The notes under the pieces: model-generated | What the model saw: only the letters and a program-made list of their open reading frames with translations | Told to the model about the DNA's origin: nothing | The model's database searches: none | Shown here: one piece after another, positions 30,276 to 39,594 of the stretch | How positions within the stretch are numbered: the first letter of the stretch is position 1 | Layout of the letters: every line of letters begins with the position of its first letter | Program-made: the position numbers and the translations under genes | Origin: Lachnospiraceae bacterium | Lineage (GTDB): Bacteria; Bacillota; Clostridia; Lachnospirales; Lachnospiraceae | NCBI GenBank assembly: GCA_017449485.1 | Contig: JAFTFP010000252.1 | Coordinates: 1 to 52,399, forward strand | Direction of reading: 5' to 3' | DNA length: 52,399 nt

Positions 30276-30332
30276 GCAACAAGAACGCCGGGGCGTTCTT
30301 GAATGAAAGGCAGGTATAATCAGTTGGACACA

Positions 30333-31238
30333 ATGACTACAGGCATCCCGAAGGCTTTTACAGGCGATTACATGGTGCGGGCGGCGGCAGCGGACAATCA
30401 GGTCCGCGCTTTCGCACTGACAAGCCGCGACCTCGTCGAAGCGGCAAGAATCGCCCATAACACGGCGCCCACTGCCTCCGCGGCCCTCGGCCGCACCCTC
30501 TCCGGGGCTCTGATGATGAACCAGGCACTGGTCAAGCAGGAGGACGGCCTGCTCACCGTCCGCTTTGACGGCGACGGCCCCATCGGAACCATTCTGGCCA
30601 CAGCGGACCACAACGGCAATGTGAAGGGCTACGTGCAGAATCCCGGGACCGATCTGCCAAGAAAAAGCGACCGGCATCTGGATGTCGGTTCTGCTGTTGG
30701 GCATGGCACCCTCACAGTGCTGCGGGATCTGGACGGCGGAAACACCTATAATGGTCAGGTGCTGATTCACTCCGGCGAAATCGCAGACGACCTCACACAC
30801 TATTTTGTCGAATCCGAGCAGATTCCCACTTCGGTAGGCCTGGGCGTGCTGGTTTCACCGGACGGCAGCATCAGACGCTCCGGCGGATTTCTTCTGCAGC
30901 TCATGCCCTTCGCAGACGAAGCGGTCATCTCCCGGCTCGAAGAAAATCTCGGGCAGCTGCGCTCTGTCACCCAGATGCTGGAGGATGAAATGTCCCCGGA
31001 AGATCTGCTCTCGGAAATTCTCCGGGGCCTGAACCCCGAGTGGACCGATCGTCTGCCGGTCCGTTTTCACTGCAATTGTACAGCCGACCGCGTCGAGCGG
31101 GCGCTGATGCTGCTGGGCGCCCAGGAGCTGGACGGCATGCTGGCCGAGAACCGGGATTTTGAGATTTCCTGCCACTTCTGCGGAAAGAAATATCTCTTCA
31201 CCCCAGGCGATCTTCAGCGCATCCGCGCCGGGATCTGA
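30333..31238 (+). CDS. hslO: Hsp33 redox-regulated chaperone; start uncertain
   Basis: ALGRTL, GDGPIG, SEQIPT, GGFLLQLMP, CNC...CHFC Zn switch. Confidence 0.93.
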   Translation: MTTGIPKAFTGDYMVRAAAADNQVRAFALTSRDLVEAARIAHNTAPTASAALGRTLSGALMMNQALVKQEDGLLTVRFDGDGPIGTILATADHNGNVKGYVQNPGTDLPRKSDRHLDVGSAVGHGTLTVLRDLDGGNTYNGQVLIHSGEIADDLTHYFVESEQIPTSVGLGVLVSPDGSIRRSGGFLLQLMPFADEAVISRLEENLGQLRSVTQMLEDEMSPEDLLSEILRGLNPEWTDRLPVRFHCNCTADRVERALMLLGAQELDGMLAENRDFEISCHFCGKKYLFTPGDLQRIRAGI

Positions 31239-31266
31239 CCCTTTCTGTTTCCGGTCTTCGTAAAAT

Positions 31267-31306
31267 AACTGCCGCAACCCCTGTGGAGCGCGGCAGTTTT
31301 CTTTTT
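31267..31306 (+). terminator. Terminator between hslO and the Tim44-like gene
   Basis: AACTGCCGC...GCGGCAGTT followed by T-rich sequence. Confidence 0.65.
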
Positions 31307-31334
31307 CTTATCAGTCCGGTTTTCCGTCTTTCAC

Positions 31335-32294
31335 TTATCTGGTTTCCTGCTTCAGTCCGCGAATGCTGCTGATGACAAAATCTGTATTCGGGACCGTGAT
31401 GACCGTTCCGCAGTACGGGCACTTGGCCGTCTCATTGATGGAGACCGGTGCACCGCAGTTCGGGCAGTTGACCTTCTTCATTTCCTTCGTGGTCTCAGTG
31501 GTCAGGCCGGACGTTCTCGAAAGCGTCCATTCATAGGTCATGAATTTCTCTTTTTTCGGATCACCCTTGACGACCTCATCTGTTCCGTCTTTTACCACAT
31601 AATCCGTGATCCGCGTCCGCAGCTTCGCGACGATATGATCCTCGCCGCCGGTCTGGGTGTAGCCCAGCAGCTCCACAGCCAGCACGGAGATATTATCCAC
31701 CCGGTTGGTAATATGCTGCTTCCGGTAGCGGTCCAGCTGTCGCTCAAACTGCTCGTAGACCACATCCTTCATATACGGACGCATCGGTGAAAGATCCTTC
31801 GCAGTCCAGTTATTCTGCAGCTGTACATAAAGATTGGCCAGCTTTGCCTGGAATGCCGCCGCCTCGAAGCCCGGATCCAGCTCCGGATAAGTCTCGATCG
31901 GCTTCAAATCCTTCGGCTTCTCCACGACCTGCACCTCGCCGGTCGCAGGATTCTTTCTGCGCCTTCTGATCATGGGAATCACCGTGGCGCCGATGATCAC
32001 GGCCCAGGTCGCCCCGTAGATCACATTGTCCATCGGCGTGTTCTGACCGCCGCCGCCCGATCCGCTGGAGCCGCCGTAGTAATAATAGCCGTTGTCATCG
32101 TCCCAGTCCGAGCTGTCATCCCAGTCCCAGTCCGAGCTGCTGTCATAATCAAAGTCAAAATCCGAATCGCCGGAAAAGTCACCGGCATCCCACATTTTGC
32201 CCGCACGATCCATCGCGCGCACCGGTGCGGAAAGTGCCGCCATAACCAGCACACCCGCGAGAACGCCTATTATTGCTGCTTTGAAAATCTTCAC
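31335..32294 (-). CDS. Membrane protein with Tim44-like domain and C-terminal zinc ribbon
   Basis: Signal peptide, acidic/Gly segment, TM helix, DPGF..AAF...LQNNW...YEWTLSR Tim44-like pattern, CPNCG...CPYCG. Confidence 0.78.
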   Translation of the reverse strand: MKIFKAAIIGVLAGVLVMAALSAPVRAMDRAGKMWDAGDFSGDSDFDFDYDSSSDWDWDDSSDWDDDNGYYYYGGSSGSGGGGQNTPMDNVIYGATWAVIIGATVIPMIRRRRKNPATGEVQVVEKPKDLKPIETYPELDPGFEAAAFQAKLANLYVQLQNNWTAKDLSPMRPYMKDVVYEQFERQLDRYRKQHITNRVDNISVLAVELLGYTQTGGEDHIVAKLRTRITDYVVKDGTDEVVKGDPKKEKFMTYEWTLSRTSGLTTETTKEMKKVNCPNCGAPVSINETAKCPYCGTVITVPNTDFVISSIRGLKQETR

Positions 32295-32347
32295 CTGTCA
32301 GTTCCTCCGTTGATGTCAGAATATATGCTAATTATAACACGTGCAGA

Positions 32348-33910
32348 TCAGTCCTTAATCAATTCCCCGATCCCGTCGAAGTCGTAGACCGGCTCCTCAG
32401 CACCTTCCACGCTCACGTGATTCAGAATCAGCCTGCGGCAGTTGCGGATCATCAGTCCCATGCGGGTGCAGGGCTCCACGTCCGCCATCATAGCCGGATA
32501 TTCCGCTGTGGGATGTCTGGCAAAGTCGATGGAGACGTTGCTGAATTCGATCTCCTGAACCGGCGCTTCGGGCAGGCCGTACAGGAAGGCTGCCGCCGCG
32601 TGACAGTTGTGCGCGGTGATATTCCTGAAGCGCAGATCCCGGACCTCCGGTGTCCGCTCGTCCACCGGCAGCGGATCCTTGCAGCGCACGTACTCGCTCT
32701 TTCCGTCGGGATCGCAGCACCAGTAGTAGGAATTCAGGACAAAAGGCGTCAGGACGCCGTCCATCTCGATGTTCTCAAAGACAATATCCTCGATGATGCT
32801 GTCGCGCCCCCGGCCGCGCCGGGTTTTGATCCGCAGGCCCCGGTCCGTTCCCTCGAAGATACAGTCATGGCAGTGCAGGTGCCGCACGCCCGCGCCGATT
32901 TCGCTGCCCAGCGTCACGCTGCCGTGCCCGAACTGCATGTGGCACTGGCGGATCTCGATATTCTGAGACGGCACCTTGTAGGTGCTGCCCATATAGTATT
33001 TGCCGGACTTCACCGCAATGCAGTCATCACCCAGTGAGAAATGCACACCGACGACTTCCAGGCCGTCGACCGATTCCGGGTCCATGCCGTCTGTGTTCGG
33101 GGAAATCTTCGGATTCACCAGATCCAGATCGATCCACCGGGTCCGGTTTGAGAAATACGGATGCAGCGTCCAGGACGGGCTGTTCTGAATCCGGATGCCC
33201 TGCACCGTCACATTTTCACAGCGGTTCAGGAAAATGGTCCGCGGGCGGAAGGCGCCGCCGGTCTTCTCCCGGCCTTCCCCCTCCCACCAGTTCTCATACG
33301 AACCGTTTCCTTCGATGGTGCCCTGTCCGTAGATCGTCACGTTCTTCACGCCGACGCCGGTGATAATCGAAGCGAAGCTGTCCAGGGGATTGCCCTCCCA
33401 GCTGGCAAGATTGTACTCGTGTTCCTCGTCCCAGGCTGTAATCAGGCCCGGGAGGATCGGGAATTTCTCCCGGTCCGTATAGGCGGAGAGCACTGCACCT
33501 GCCGCCAGCTCCAGCCGCAGGTCGCTGCGAAGAAACAGTGCACCGATGCGGTAAACGCCGGCTGGGACCAGCACACGCCCTTCCTTCGGGCAGCACAGAA
33601 TCGCCGCCTGGATTGCGGCCGTGTCCTCCCTGATGCCGTCTCCGGCCGCGCCGAAATCCCGGACATTCAGGGTAACAAACTCCTTCGGGGTCCGGATAAT
33701 GACCGGTTCCGGCGCGCAGGCGCCTCTTCCGACTGCCAGCGTATATTCCGTGTCCGGCAGCAGATCATAGATCGATTCAACAATCCGGTCAGATACTCTC
33801 AGTTTCTCGCCGTTGAGATAAATACTGTAGGCCTGTGTTCTGACAATGCCTTCTTCCAGAAGTTCAATGGTCAGGCACCGCGCCGTCAGAAAAATTACAT
33901 GAAATTTCAT
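32348..33910 (-). CDS. Glycoside hydrolase family 28 (polygalacturonase-like)
   Basis: All four GH28 motifs: NTDG, GDD, GHG, RIK; ATG 33910 behind GGAGG. Confidence 0.92.
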   Translation of the reverse strand: MKFHVIFLTARCLTIELLEEGIVRTQAYSIYLNGEKLRVSDRIVESIYDLLPDTEYTLAVGRGACAPEPVIIRTPKEFVTLNVRDFGAAGDGIREDTAAIQAAILCCPKEGRVLVPAGVYRIGALFLRSDLRLELAAGAVLSAYTDREKFPILPGLITAWDEEHEYNLASWEGNPLDSFASIITGVGVKNVTIYGQGTIEGNGSYENWWEGEGREKTGGAFRPRTIFLNRCENVTVQGIRIQNSPSWTLHPYFSNRTRWIDLDLVNPKISPNTDGMDPESVDGLEVVGVHFSLGDDCIAVKSGKYYMGSTYKVPSQNIEIRQCHMQFGHGSVTLGSEIGAGVRHLHCHDCIFEGTDRGLRIKTRRGRGRDSIIEDIVFENIEMDGVLTPFVLNSYYWCCDPDGKSEYVRCKDPLPVDERTPEVRDLRFRNITAHNCHAAAAFLYGLPEAPVQEIEFSNVSIDFARHPTAEYPAMMADVEPCTRMGLMIRNCRRLILNHVSVEGAEEPVYDFDGIGELIKD

Positions 33911-33958
33911 GGAACACCTCCGATTCCTGAGACTCAATGATTTCTCTTTGCCGGTACC

Positions 33959-34387
33959 TCAGCAGTATGCCGTGTATTTCTCGGCGATCAGAATTTTCTC
34001 TCTGCAGGCTGACCGGATACTCTCCTGGACGCGCTGCTGCGCCTCCGCAGAAAACGACGCGTAAAACGGCAGGACGCGCCGCAGCGTACTCCGGTACTGA
34101 CGCACCAGATTCATCCGGTGATCATAGACCTCCTCATCGATCTCCGGAATCGTGCGTGAAAGTGCCAGCAGATACCACGACAGTTCCTCTGCACTGTCCG
34201 CTTCCGCAGGATCCAGCCACACAGTCTGATCATAGATGTTTCTGAAGACGGCCTGAATCTCCTGGTATCCCTCTTTCCGGTTTTCCTTGGTCTCAAATCG
34301 GACAATCCCCGGCATTCTGATGCAGAGACTGCGCAGATCCTGAACCGGTTCTCCCCATTCCTGTTTCCAGTCTACCTGATGTGCCAT
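33959..34387 (-). CDS. Hypothetical protein resembling a reduced GH105/GH88 fragment
   Basis: GAAAGGA RBS; WYLLAL..IPEIDEEVYDH...LPFY and ACREKILIAEKY resemble, from recall, segments of Lachnospiraceae GH105 enzymes; adjacent to GH28. Confidence 0.55.
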   Translation of the reverse strand: MAHQVDWKQEWGEPVQDLRSLCIRMPGIVRFETKENRKEGYQEIQAVFRNIYDQTVWLDPAEADSAEELSWYLLALSRTIPEIDEEVYDHRMNLVRQYRSTLRRVLPFYASFSAEAQQRVQESIRSACREKILIAEKYTAYC

Positions 34388-34405
34388 CGCGTCCGTCCTT
34401 TCCTG

Positions 34406-34440
34406 AAAAAATACAGGGGATGCCGGAGCATCCCCTGTTT
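34406..34440 (-). terminator. Intrinsic terminator after the SPFH gene
   Basis: ACAGGGGATGC-N4-GCATCCCCTGT perfect 11-bp stem with a T-run on the minus strand. Confidence 0.75.
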
Positions 34441-34501
34441 GTCATGTCTTCCGAAGTGCTTCCGCTTCCGGTTCGCAGACTATATTGCTTTTTTCTCTGG
34501 A

Positions 34502-35797
34502 TCAGGGCTTCTTCGTGCCGCAGTTTCCGCAGAAGTTGCCTGCGTTCTCTGTGCCGCACTGCGGGCAGATCCACTTGCCGTCATCCGGCTTCTTCGTGCC
34601 GCAGTTCATGCAGAAGTTGCCTGCATTCTCTGTGCCGCACTGCGGGCAGGTCCAACCAGCGGAAGCCGGCTTCATCTGCGGTGCTGCCTCTGCAGGTGCC
34701 GGAGCGGGTGCCGGAGCCGGAGCTGCCTGCTGGAAGCCGCCGCCCGGTGCTGCCGCATAGTTGCTCTGGAAGCCCTGCTGGCCCGCCTGCTGTGCCTGTG
34801 CATTCAGCTGGGCGATGTTCGCGCTCATGCCTGCGTTCTGAGCCATATTCATGCCTGCGAAGGCCATCATGGGTCCTGCGCTCTCGTTGGCTGCCGCCGA
34901 CTGCATCGCTGCCGCGGTCGCCGCGGTCATGGTTGCTGCCTGCATGCCAGGATTGATCAGTGCCGCATTCATCTGCAGCTGCTTGATCCGCTCTTCATCC
35001 TTCTCATCCGCCTTGATCGAGCTGACACCGAACTTGACGATGACGATGCCGTACTGCTTGATCCATGTGTCAGAGAGCTCTTTGTTCAGAGCGTTCGCAA
35101 GATCATCTGCGTGGCCCGGAACTGCACTGTAGCGGATGCCCATGCCGGAAATCTCGGCAAAAGCCGGCTGCAGAGCCGTCAGCAGCTCACTCTTCAGCTG
35201 AGAATCGAGCTGATCTCTGGTGTACTCATTTTCCACATTTCCGCTGATGTTCATATAGAACAGGATCGGATCCTGGATCTTGTAGGAATACTCACCGAAG
35301 CACTTGACGGCGATATCCACATCCAGATTGATATTGGTGTCGACAACGCGGAACGGAACCGGGTTCGCGGTGCCGTACTTATTGCCGATGATATCCTTGG
35401 TGTTGAAATAATAGACCCGCTGATCCGTCCCGGTGTCTCCGCCGAAGCCGACACGCTTCTTGAACGTCTCAAAGCTGTCCTTGATGCCCTGCCAGAGGCC
35501 GCCCTCGAAAATGGAAGGCTCTGTCGAGGAATCCCACTTGAATGCGCCGGCCACGGCACTGATCTCAACGATCTTGCCCTGCTCGACGATCATCATGCAC
35601 TGGCCTTCGTTGACAACAACGATCGAGCCATTCGAAATCACATTGTCGCTGCCATGATTCTGGCCGCGTCCGCTCTGGCGCTTCTCGCCCTTCTTGACAA
35701 GAACGTCATTCGGCATGGAAGGACAATAGAAGTACTCCTTCCACTGATCTGCCAGTACGCCGCTGACTGCGCCTGCCGCAACTTGTAACAGTCCCAT
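34502..35797 (-). CDS. SPFH-domain protein (YdjI-like) with two C-terminal zinc ribbons
   Basis: ADQWKEYF, ISNGSIVVVNEGQ, DQRVYYFN, KYGTANPVPF; Ala/Met/Gln linker; two copies of WxCPQCG-N-GNFCxNCGTKKP. Confidence 0.85.
   Translation of the reverse strand: MGLLQVAAGAVSGVLADQWKEYFYCPSMPNDVLVKKGEKRQSGRGQNHGSDNVISNGSIVVVNEGQCMMIVEQGKIVEISAVAGAFKWDSSTEPSIFEGGLWQGIKDSFETFKKRVGFGGDTGTDQRVYYFNTKDIIGNKYGTANPVPFRVVDTNINLDVDIAVKCFGEYSYKIQDPILFYMNISGNVENEYTRDQLDSQLKSELLTALQPAFAEISGMGIRYSAVPGHADDLANALNKELSDTWIKQYGIVIVKFGVSSIKADEKDEERIKQLQMNAALINPGMQAATMTAATAAAMQSAAANESAGPMMAFAGMNMAQNAGMSANIAQLNAQAQQAGQQGFQSNYAAAPGGGFQQAAPAPAPAPAPAEAAPQMKPASAGWTCPQCGTENAGNFCMNCGTKKPDDGKWICPQCGTENAGNFCGNCGTKKP
34506..34654. 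repeat. Intragenic 81-bp-period duplication encoding the zinc ribbons
   Basis: GGCTTCTTCGTGCCGCAG...GCACTGCGGGCAG begins at both 34506 and 34587. Confidence 0.85.
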
Positions 35798-35941
35798 AAT
35801 TTTGCCCTCCTTACAGTGATATCCTTCTTCGCTGAAAAAGCCGCGGCTTCTGCCGCTGTTTTCAAGTACCTCTATTTTACGCTACTTTGATCAAAACCGC
35901 TACTGTCTGATTCTGAAGCTTCTGTGCGCAGAGTCTGCGCA

Positions 35942-36130
35942 TCAGAATGCCTGATGCCGCACAACCGCATATTCGTCCGCGTTCACCCAGAACGGGCAGC
36001 GCGGTGCGCTTTTTCGTCCTTCATTCAGAAAAAGCCGCGCGTAATCATCCTCGTCAATCTGTGCGGAGCAGTACCAGTCGCCGTACTCCTCGTCATAAAC
36101 GTAATAGTTGCAGGTATCGCAGTCTGACAT
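35942..36130 (-). CDS. Small Cys/acidic protein (DUF6472-like)
   Basis: CDTCNYYVYDEE...C...DEDD...CPF...DEYAVVRHQ; GAAGGA RBS. Confidence 0.75.
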   Translation of the reverse strand: MSDCDTCNYYVYDEEYGDWYCSAQIDEDDYARLFLNEGRKSAPRCPFWVNADEYAVVRHQAF

Positions 36131-36156
36131 GTTCTTCCTTCCGGCCCGCCGGGGTA

Positions 36157-37386
36157 TTATTCGTCCATCATGGTCCGGATCAGCTTCAGCGCTTCCTCGA
36201 GCTGATTATCCGTCCCGTCCTCCCGGTAGGCGTCTCCATCGAATTCGACCTTCACATCCGGCTCAATACCAGTCTTGTGAATATAATTGCCGTTTCTCGT
36301 GTAATAGTCCGCAACCGTCACCTTGACAGCTGTGCCGTCATCCATATCCAGGATGGTCTGCACGATGCCCTTGCCGTAGGTCGTTGTACCCAGCAGTGTG
36401 CCCGTGCCGGAATCCTTGATGGCACCGCTTAATATCTCCGAGGCACTGGCTGAGTTGCCGTCCACCAGCACCACCAGCGGCAGATCGAGCTGTTTCCGGC
36501 CGTCGGCCTTGTACTCCGTTCTGTGTCCGTACTTGTCTTCCATGTAGAAGACCAGTCCTTCGGGGATAAAATAGCCTGCGATTTCTGTCACCACATCCAC
36601 ATCTCCGCCGGGATTGCCGCGCAGATCCAGAATCATGGCTTTCATTCCCTGCTCCTGCAGTGAGGCGAGCTCCTCCTTGAACTGATCGGTGGTAATGTCC
36701 GTAAACTCGGAGATATCCAGATAGCCGATCCCGTCCTCCTTCATCTCAGAGGTCACCATGACCATATCCACCTTGGCGCGGGTGATGTCGAACTCCAGAT
36801 AGTCCTTCTCTCCCTCCCGGTAGATCGTCAGATGTACCTGCGTCCCTTCCGGACCGCGCACTCTGCGCGCGACCAGATCGATATCGACGTCGTACATCTC
36901 CTCGTCATCCACCTTATAGATAATATCACCTGCGAGCAGACCGGCCGCCTCTGCCGGCGTGTTCGGAATGGTTCCGGTGATGGTGGGCAGATTGGTCTTC
37001 TGATCCAGCTGAAGATAGGCGCCGATCCCGTAGTAGGTTCCGGAAATCGAATCCATCAGCTCGCTCATCTCTTCTTCGTTATAATAGACGCTGTAGGGAT
37101 CTCCGAGCGCATTCATAAGGCCCTTGTACATCCCGTCTTCAAGCTGCTGCTTCGTCACATGATCCGTATCATAGTAATAGTCGTCGATCACCTGCTCCAG
37201 ATCCAGAAGCTTTTGTGTCGACTCGGTGTTGATCGCGGAATCCGCTTTCGCGCCTGGCAGCGCGATGGGCCGCCGCAATACTGTGCTGAGCGCGATATAA
37301 CCGCCGATCGTCAGCAGGGCACCCAGCAGGGCGCCGATCAGCACACCGATAAAAATATAAAGACCTTTATGGCTTTTCTGAGTCAT
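36157..37386 (-). CDS. ctpA: S41 family C-terminal processing peptidase
   Basis: LGDPYS, YGIGA PDZ start, DLRGNPGG, SASASEI, TYGKG; N-terminal TM helix. Confidence 0.92.
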   Translation of the reverse strand: MTQKSHKGLYIFIGVLIGALLGALLTIGGYIALSTVLRRPIALPGAKADSAINTESTQKLLDLEQVIDDYYYDTDHVTKQQLEDGMYKGLMNALGDPYSVYYNEEEMSELMDSISGTYYGIGAYLQLDQKTNLPTITGTIPNTPAEAAGLLAGDIIYKVDDEEMYDVDIDLVARRVRGPEGTQVHLTIYREGEKDYLEFDITRAKVDMVMVTSEMKEDGIGYLDISEFTDITTDQFKEELASLQEQGMKAMILDLRGNPGGDVDVVTEIAGYFIPEGLVFYMEDKYGHRTEYKADGRKQLDLPLVVLVDGNSASASEILSGAIKDSGTGTLLGTTTYGKGIVQTILDMDDGTAVKVTVADYYTRNGNYIHKTGIEPDVKVEFDGDAYREDGTDNQLEEALKLIRTMMDE

Positions 37387-37463
37387 CTTATCGCTCCATT
37401 TTCTGCCGATTTAAACTTGCCGCCTGGCCCGGTCCAGTCACAGGCCGGGGGCGGGCGCCCGGG

Positions 37464-38714
37464 TCAGCGCAGATAGCCCCACGGATTTACATAAGCGCCG
37501 TTGACACGGACGGAGAAGTGCAGGTGCGGACCGGTGGAAATACCGGTGCTGCCCACGGCTGCAATCTTAGTCCCTCTGGATACATCCTGCCCCTTCGAGC
37601 AATACAGGGCGGAAGCATGCATGTAGACGGTATAGATATTATCCCCGTGATCGATCATCACGTAATTGCCCATGGAAGAACTGTAAGCCGCTGCCACGAC
37701 CGTTCCGTCTGCCGCTGCCAGTATCGGCGAACCTGAGGGTGCCGCCATATCCAGACCGCTGTGGAATGTGCTGGCGCCTGCCGTCGGAGATTGCCGGTAA
37801 CCGAATTCCGAGGAAATATACGTATAAGAAGGGGCCGGCCAGGCGAAGACGCCGCCGCCGTAATGCCGCTGGTTCTCCGCAGCCAGTCTTGCCTTCTCCT
37901 CCCGGACAGCCGCCTCCAGAGCGTTGATCTCCGCATCCCGCTGCGCCACCGCAGCCTGGTACGCCGCCAGGTCATGCTCCTGTACCTCAATCTCGCTGTT
38001 CAGGCCGGCAATTTCGCCCCGTTTTTCCGCAATCAGTTCGCCGATGGCCTTCTGCTCTTCCTCAACCGCTGCCTTGGCCTCCTCGAGCTGCGCCTCTTCC
38101 TCTTCCAGCTGCTGCTTGGTCAGCGCGACCAGCTCCTTCTGGGCCGTATATTCCGCCAGCATATTGGCGTCATACTCGGAAAGCTTTTCCACATAAACCT
38201 GTCTCGTGAGCAGGTCGCTGAAGCTGCCTGCCTTCATCAGAATATCCAGGTAATAGGTCTCGCCCTTTTCATACAGCAGCTTGACACGGCGCTTCATGCC
38301 GTTGTACTGCTCCTGCTCCCTGGCCTCCGCGGCCGCAAGCTCCACCTTCGTCTCTTCAATCTGCTGGGTGGTCCTCTCGATGCCCTCATTCAGCTCATCG
38401 ATCTTGAGCTGCATTTCCTGCACCTGTGCATCCAGCTGGGTCACATAATTGTTCAGATTGGATTTAGCTGCTTCCAGCCCTTCCTTGATCTTCTTGATAT
38501 CACTGATGCTGCTCTGAATCTTGGCCCGCTCTTCCTGAATGGACTTGACCTGAGCCTCCTTCTCCCGGATGCTGTCGTTGGTCAGCTCCACCGCCTGCAC
38601 GCTGACAGGCGCGCCGAAGGGATTCTTTCCGCACAATAAACTGCCGCCGATCAGGGAAGCCCCGATCAGCGCGCAGAGAATGCCTTTATATTTTGCAGCA
38701 TGTCTGTCAGACAT
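37464..38714 (-). CDS. Coiled-coil M23 peptidase (EnvC/CwlO-like FtsEX partner)
   Basis: Signal peptide, long coiled coil, HSGLD and HLH M23 motifs; follows ftsX. Confidence 0.9.
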   Translation of the reverse strand: MSDRHAAKYKGILCALIGASLIGGSLLCGKNPFGAPVSVQAVELTNDSIREKEAQVKSIQEERAKIQSSISDIKKIKEGLEAAKSNLNNYVTQLDAQVQEMQLKIDELNEGIERTTQQIEETKVELAAAEAREQEQYNGMKRRVKLLYEKGETYYLDILMKAGSFSDLLTRQVYVEKLSEYDANMLAEYTAQKELVALTKQQLEEEEAQLEEAKAAVEEEQKAIGELIAEKRGEIAGLNSEIEVQEHDLAAYQAAVAQRDAEINALEAAVREEKARLAAENQRHYGGGVFAWPAPSYTYISSEFGYRQSPTAGASTFHSGLDMAAPSGSPILAAADGTVVAAAYSSSMGNYVMIDHGDNIYTVYMHASALYCSKGQDVSRGTKIAAVGSTGISTGPHLHFSVRVNGAYVNPWGYLR

Positions 38715-39594
38715 GAATATGTCTCCTTGTTGTCAATGCGCTGCCGATAAAGCCGATGCCGACACCCAGAATAATGGAGAGCGGAATCAGATAATGAAAC
38801 AGCTCCCTGGTCGGAATAAAGGTCAGCATACTGGACAGGATCGCGAAGCGGCCTGTCACAAAGTCCACCGCGGCATTATACACATAATAGATAATCACCA
38901 GCGGGATCAGCGAGCCGACCAGACCGATGAGAATGCCTTCCACAATGAACGGTCCGCGGACAAAGGAATCCGTCGCGCCGATATACTTCATGATGTTGAT
39001 CTCGTTCTTGCGCACAGCAATGCCGGCGATAACCGTGTTGCTGATCAGGAAGATCGAGTTGGCAAACAGGATGATAAACAGGCCGATCGAGACGTAGCCG
39101 ATCACGCTGTTCATGCCGGACAGGGTATCCGCCGCAATCTCAGAATAGTTGACATCGCGCACCATCTCCAGTCCGTTCAGATAATCCACCAGCTCGCCCT
39201 GTCTGGAAACATCCTTTAAGTAGATCACCAGATTGGCCGAGTCCGCCAGCGGATTCTCCGTGTAGATATCTGCATATTCGGCAAAATCTGCCGAGAATTC
39301 AGCCCATGCCTGATCCGCGGAGACGTACTCCACGTTCGCCACTTCCTCGCGCTCCTCCAGGCCGACCCGGAGATTGAGGATGTCCTCCTCGGTCACGCCG
39401 GGCTGGAAGAAAGCCGTGACAGACACGCTCTCCTCCGCCGTCTGCAGCATGTTCTGGAAGTTGATGATCACTGCGAAGAACAGGCTGAAAAGAAACAGAC
39501 AGGCTGTAATCGTCGCGACCGACGCGAATGTATACCACTTATTTCGGAACAGGTTCCGGATGCCCTGTCCGATCGCATAACTAATACCTCTCAT
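38707..39594 (-). CDS. ftsX: Cell division permease FtsX
   Basis: TM1, ENPLADS, ISNTV...RKNEINIMKYIGAT..FVRGPF..EG. Confidence 0.92.
   Translation of the reverse strand: MRGISYAIGQGIRNLFRNKWYTFASVATITACLFLFSLFFAVIINFQNMLQTAEESVSVTAFFQPGVTEEDILNLRVGLEEREEVANVEYVSADQAWAEFSADFAEYADIYTENPLADSANLVIYLKDVSRQGELVDYLNGLEMVRDVNYSEIAADTLSGMNSVIGYVSIGLFIILFANSIFLISNTVIAGIAVRKNEINIMKYIGATDSFVRGPFIVEGILIGLVGSLIPLVIIYYVYNAAVDFVTGRFAILSSMLTFIPTRELFHYLIPLSIILGVGIGFIGSALTTRRHIHV

Noticed and set aside
30234-30800. 188-aa minus-strand ORF
   Set aside because: Antisense to hslO and ends inside the hairpin repeat; no independent support
34502-35797. Phage origin of the SPFH gene (often labelled virion core protein)
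   Set aside because: The label is a known annotation carry-over for YdjI-like proteins; no phage genes, integrase or att sites nearby
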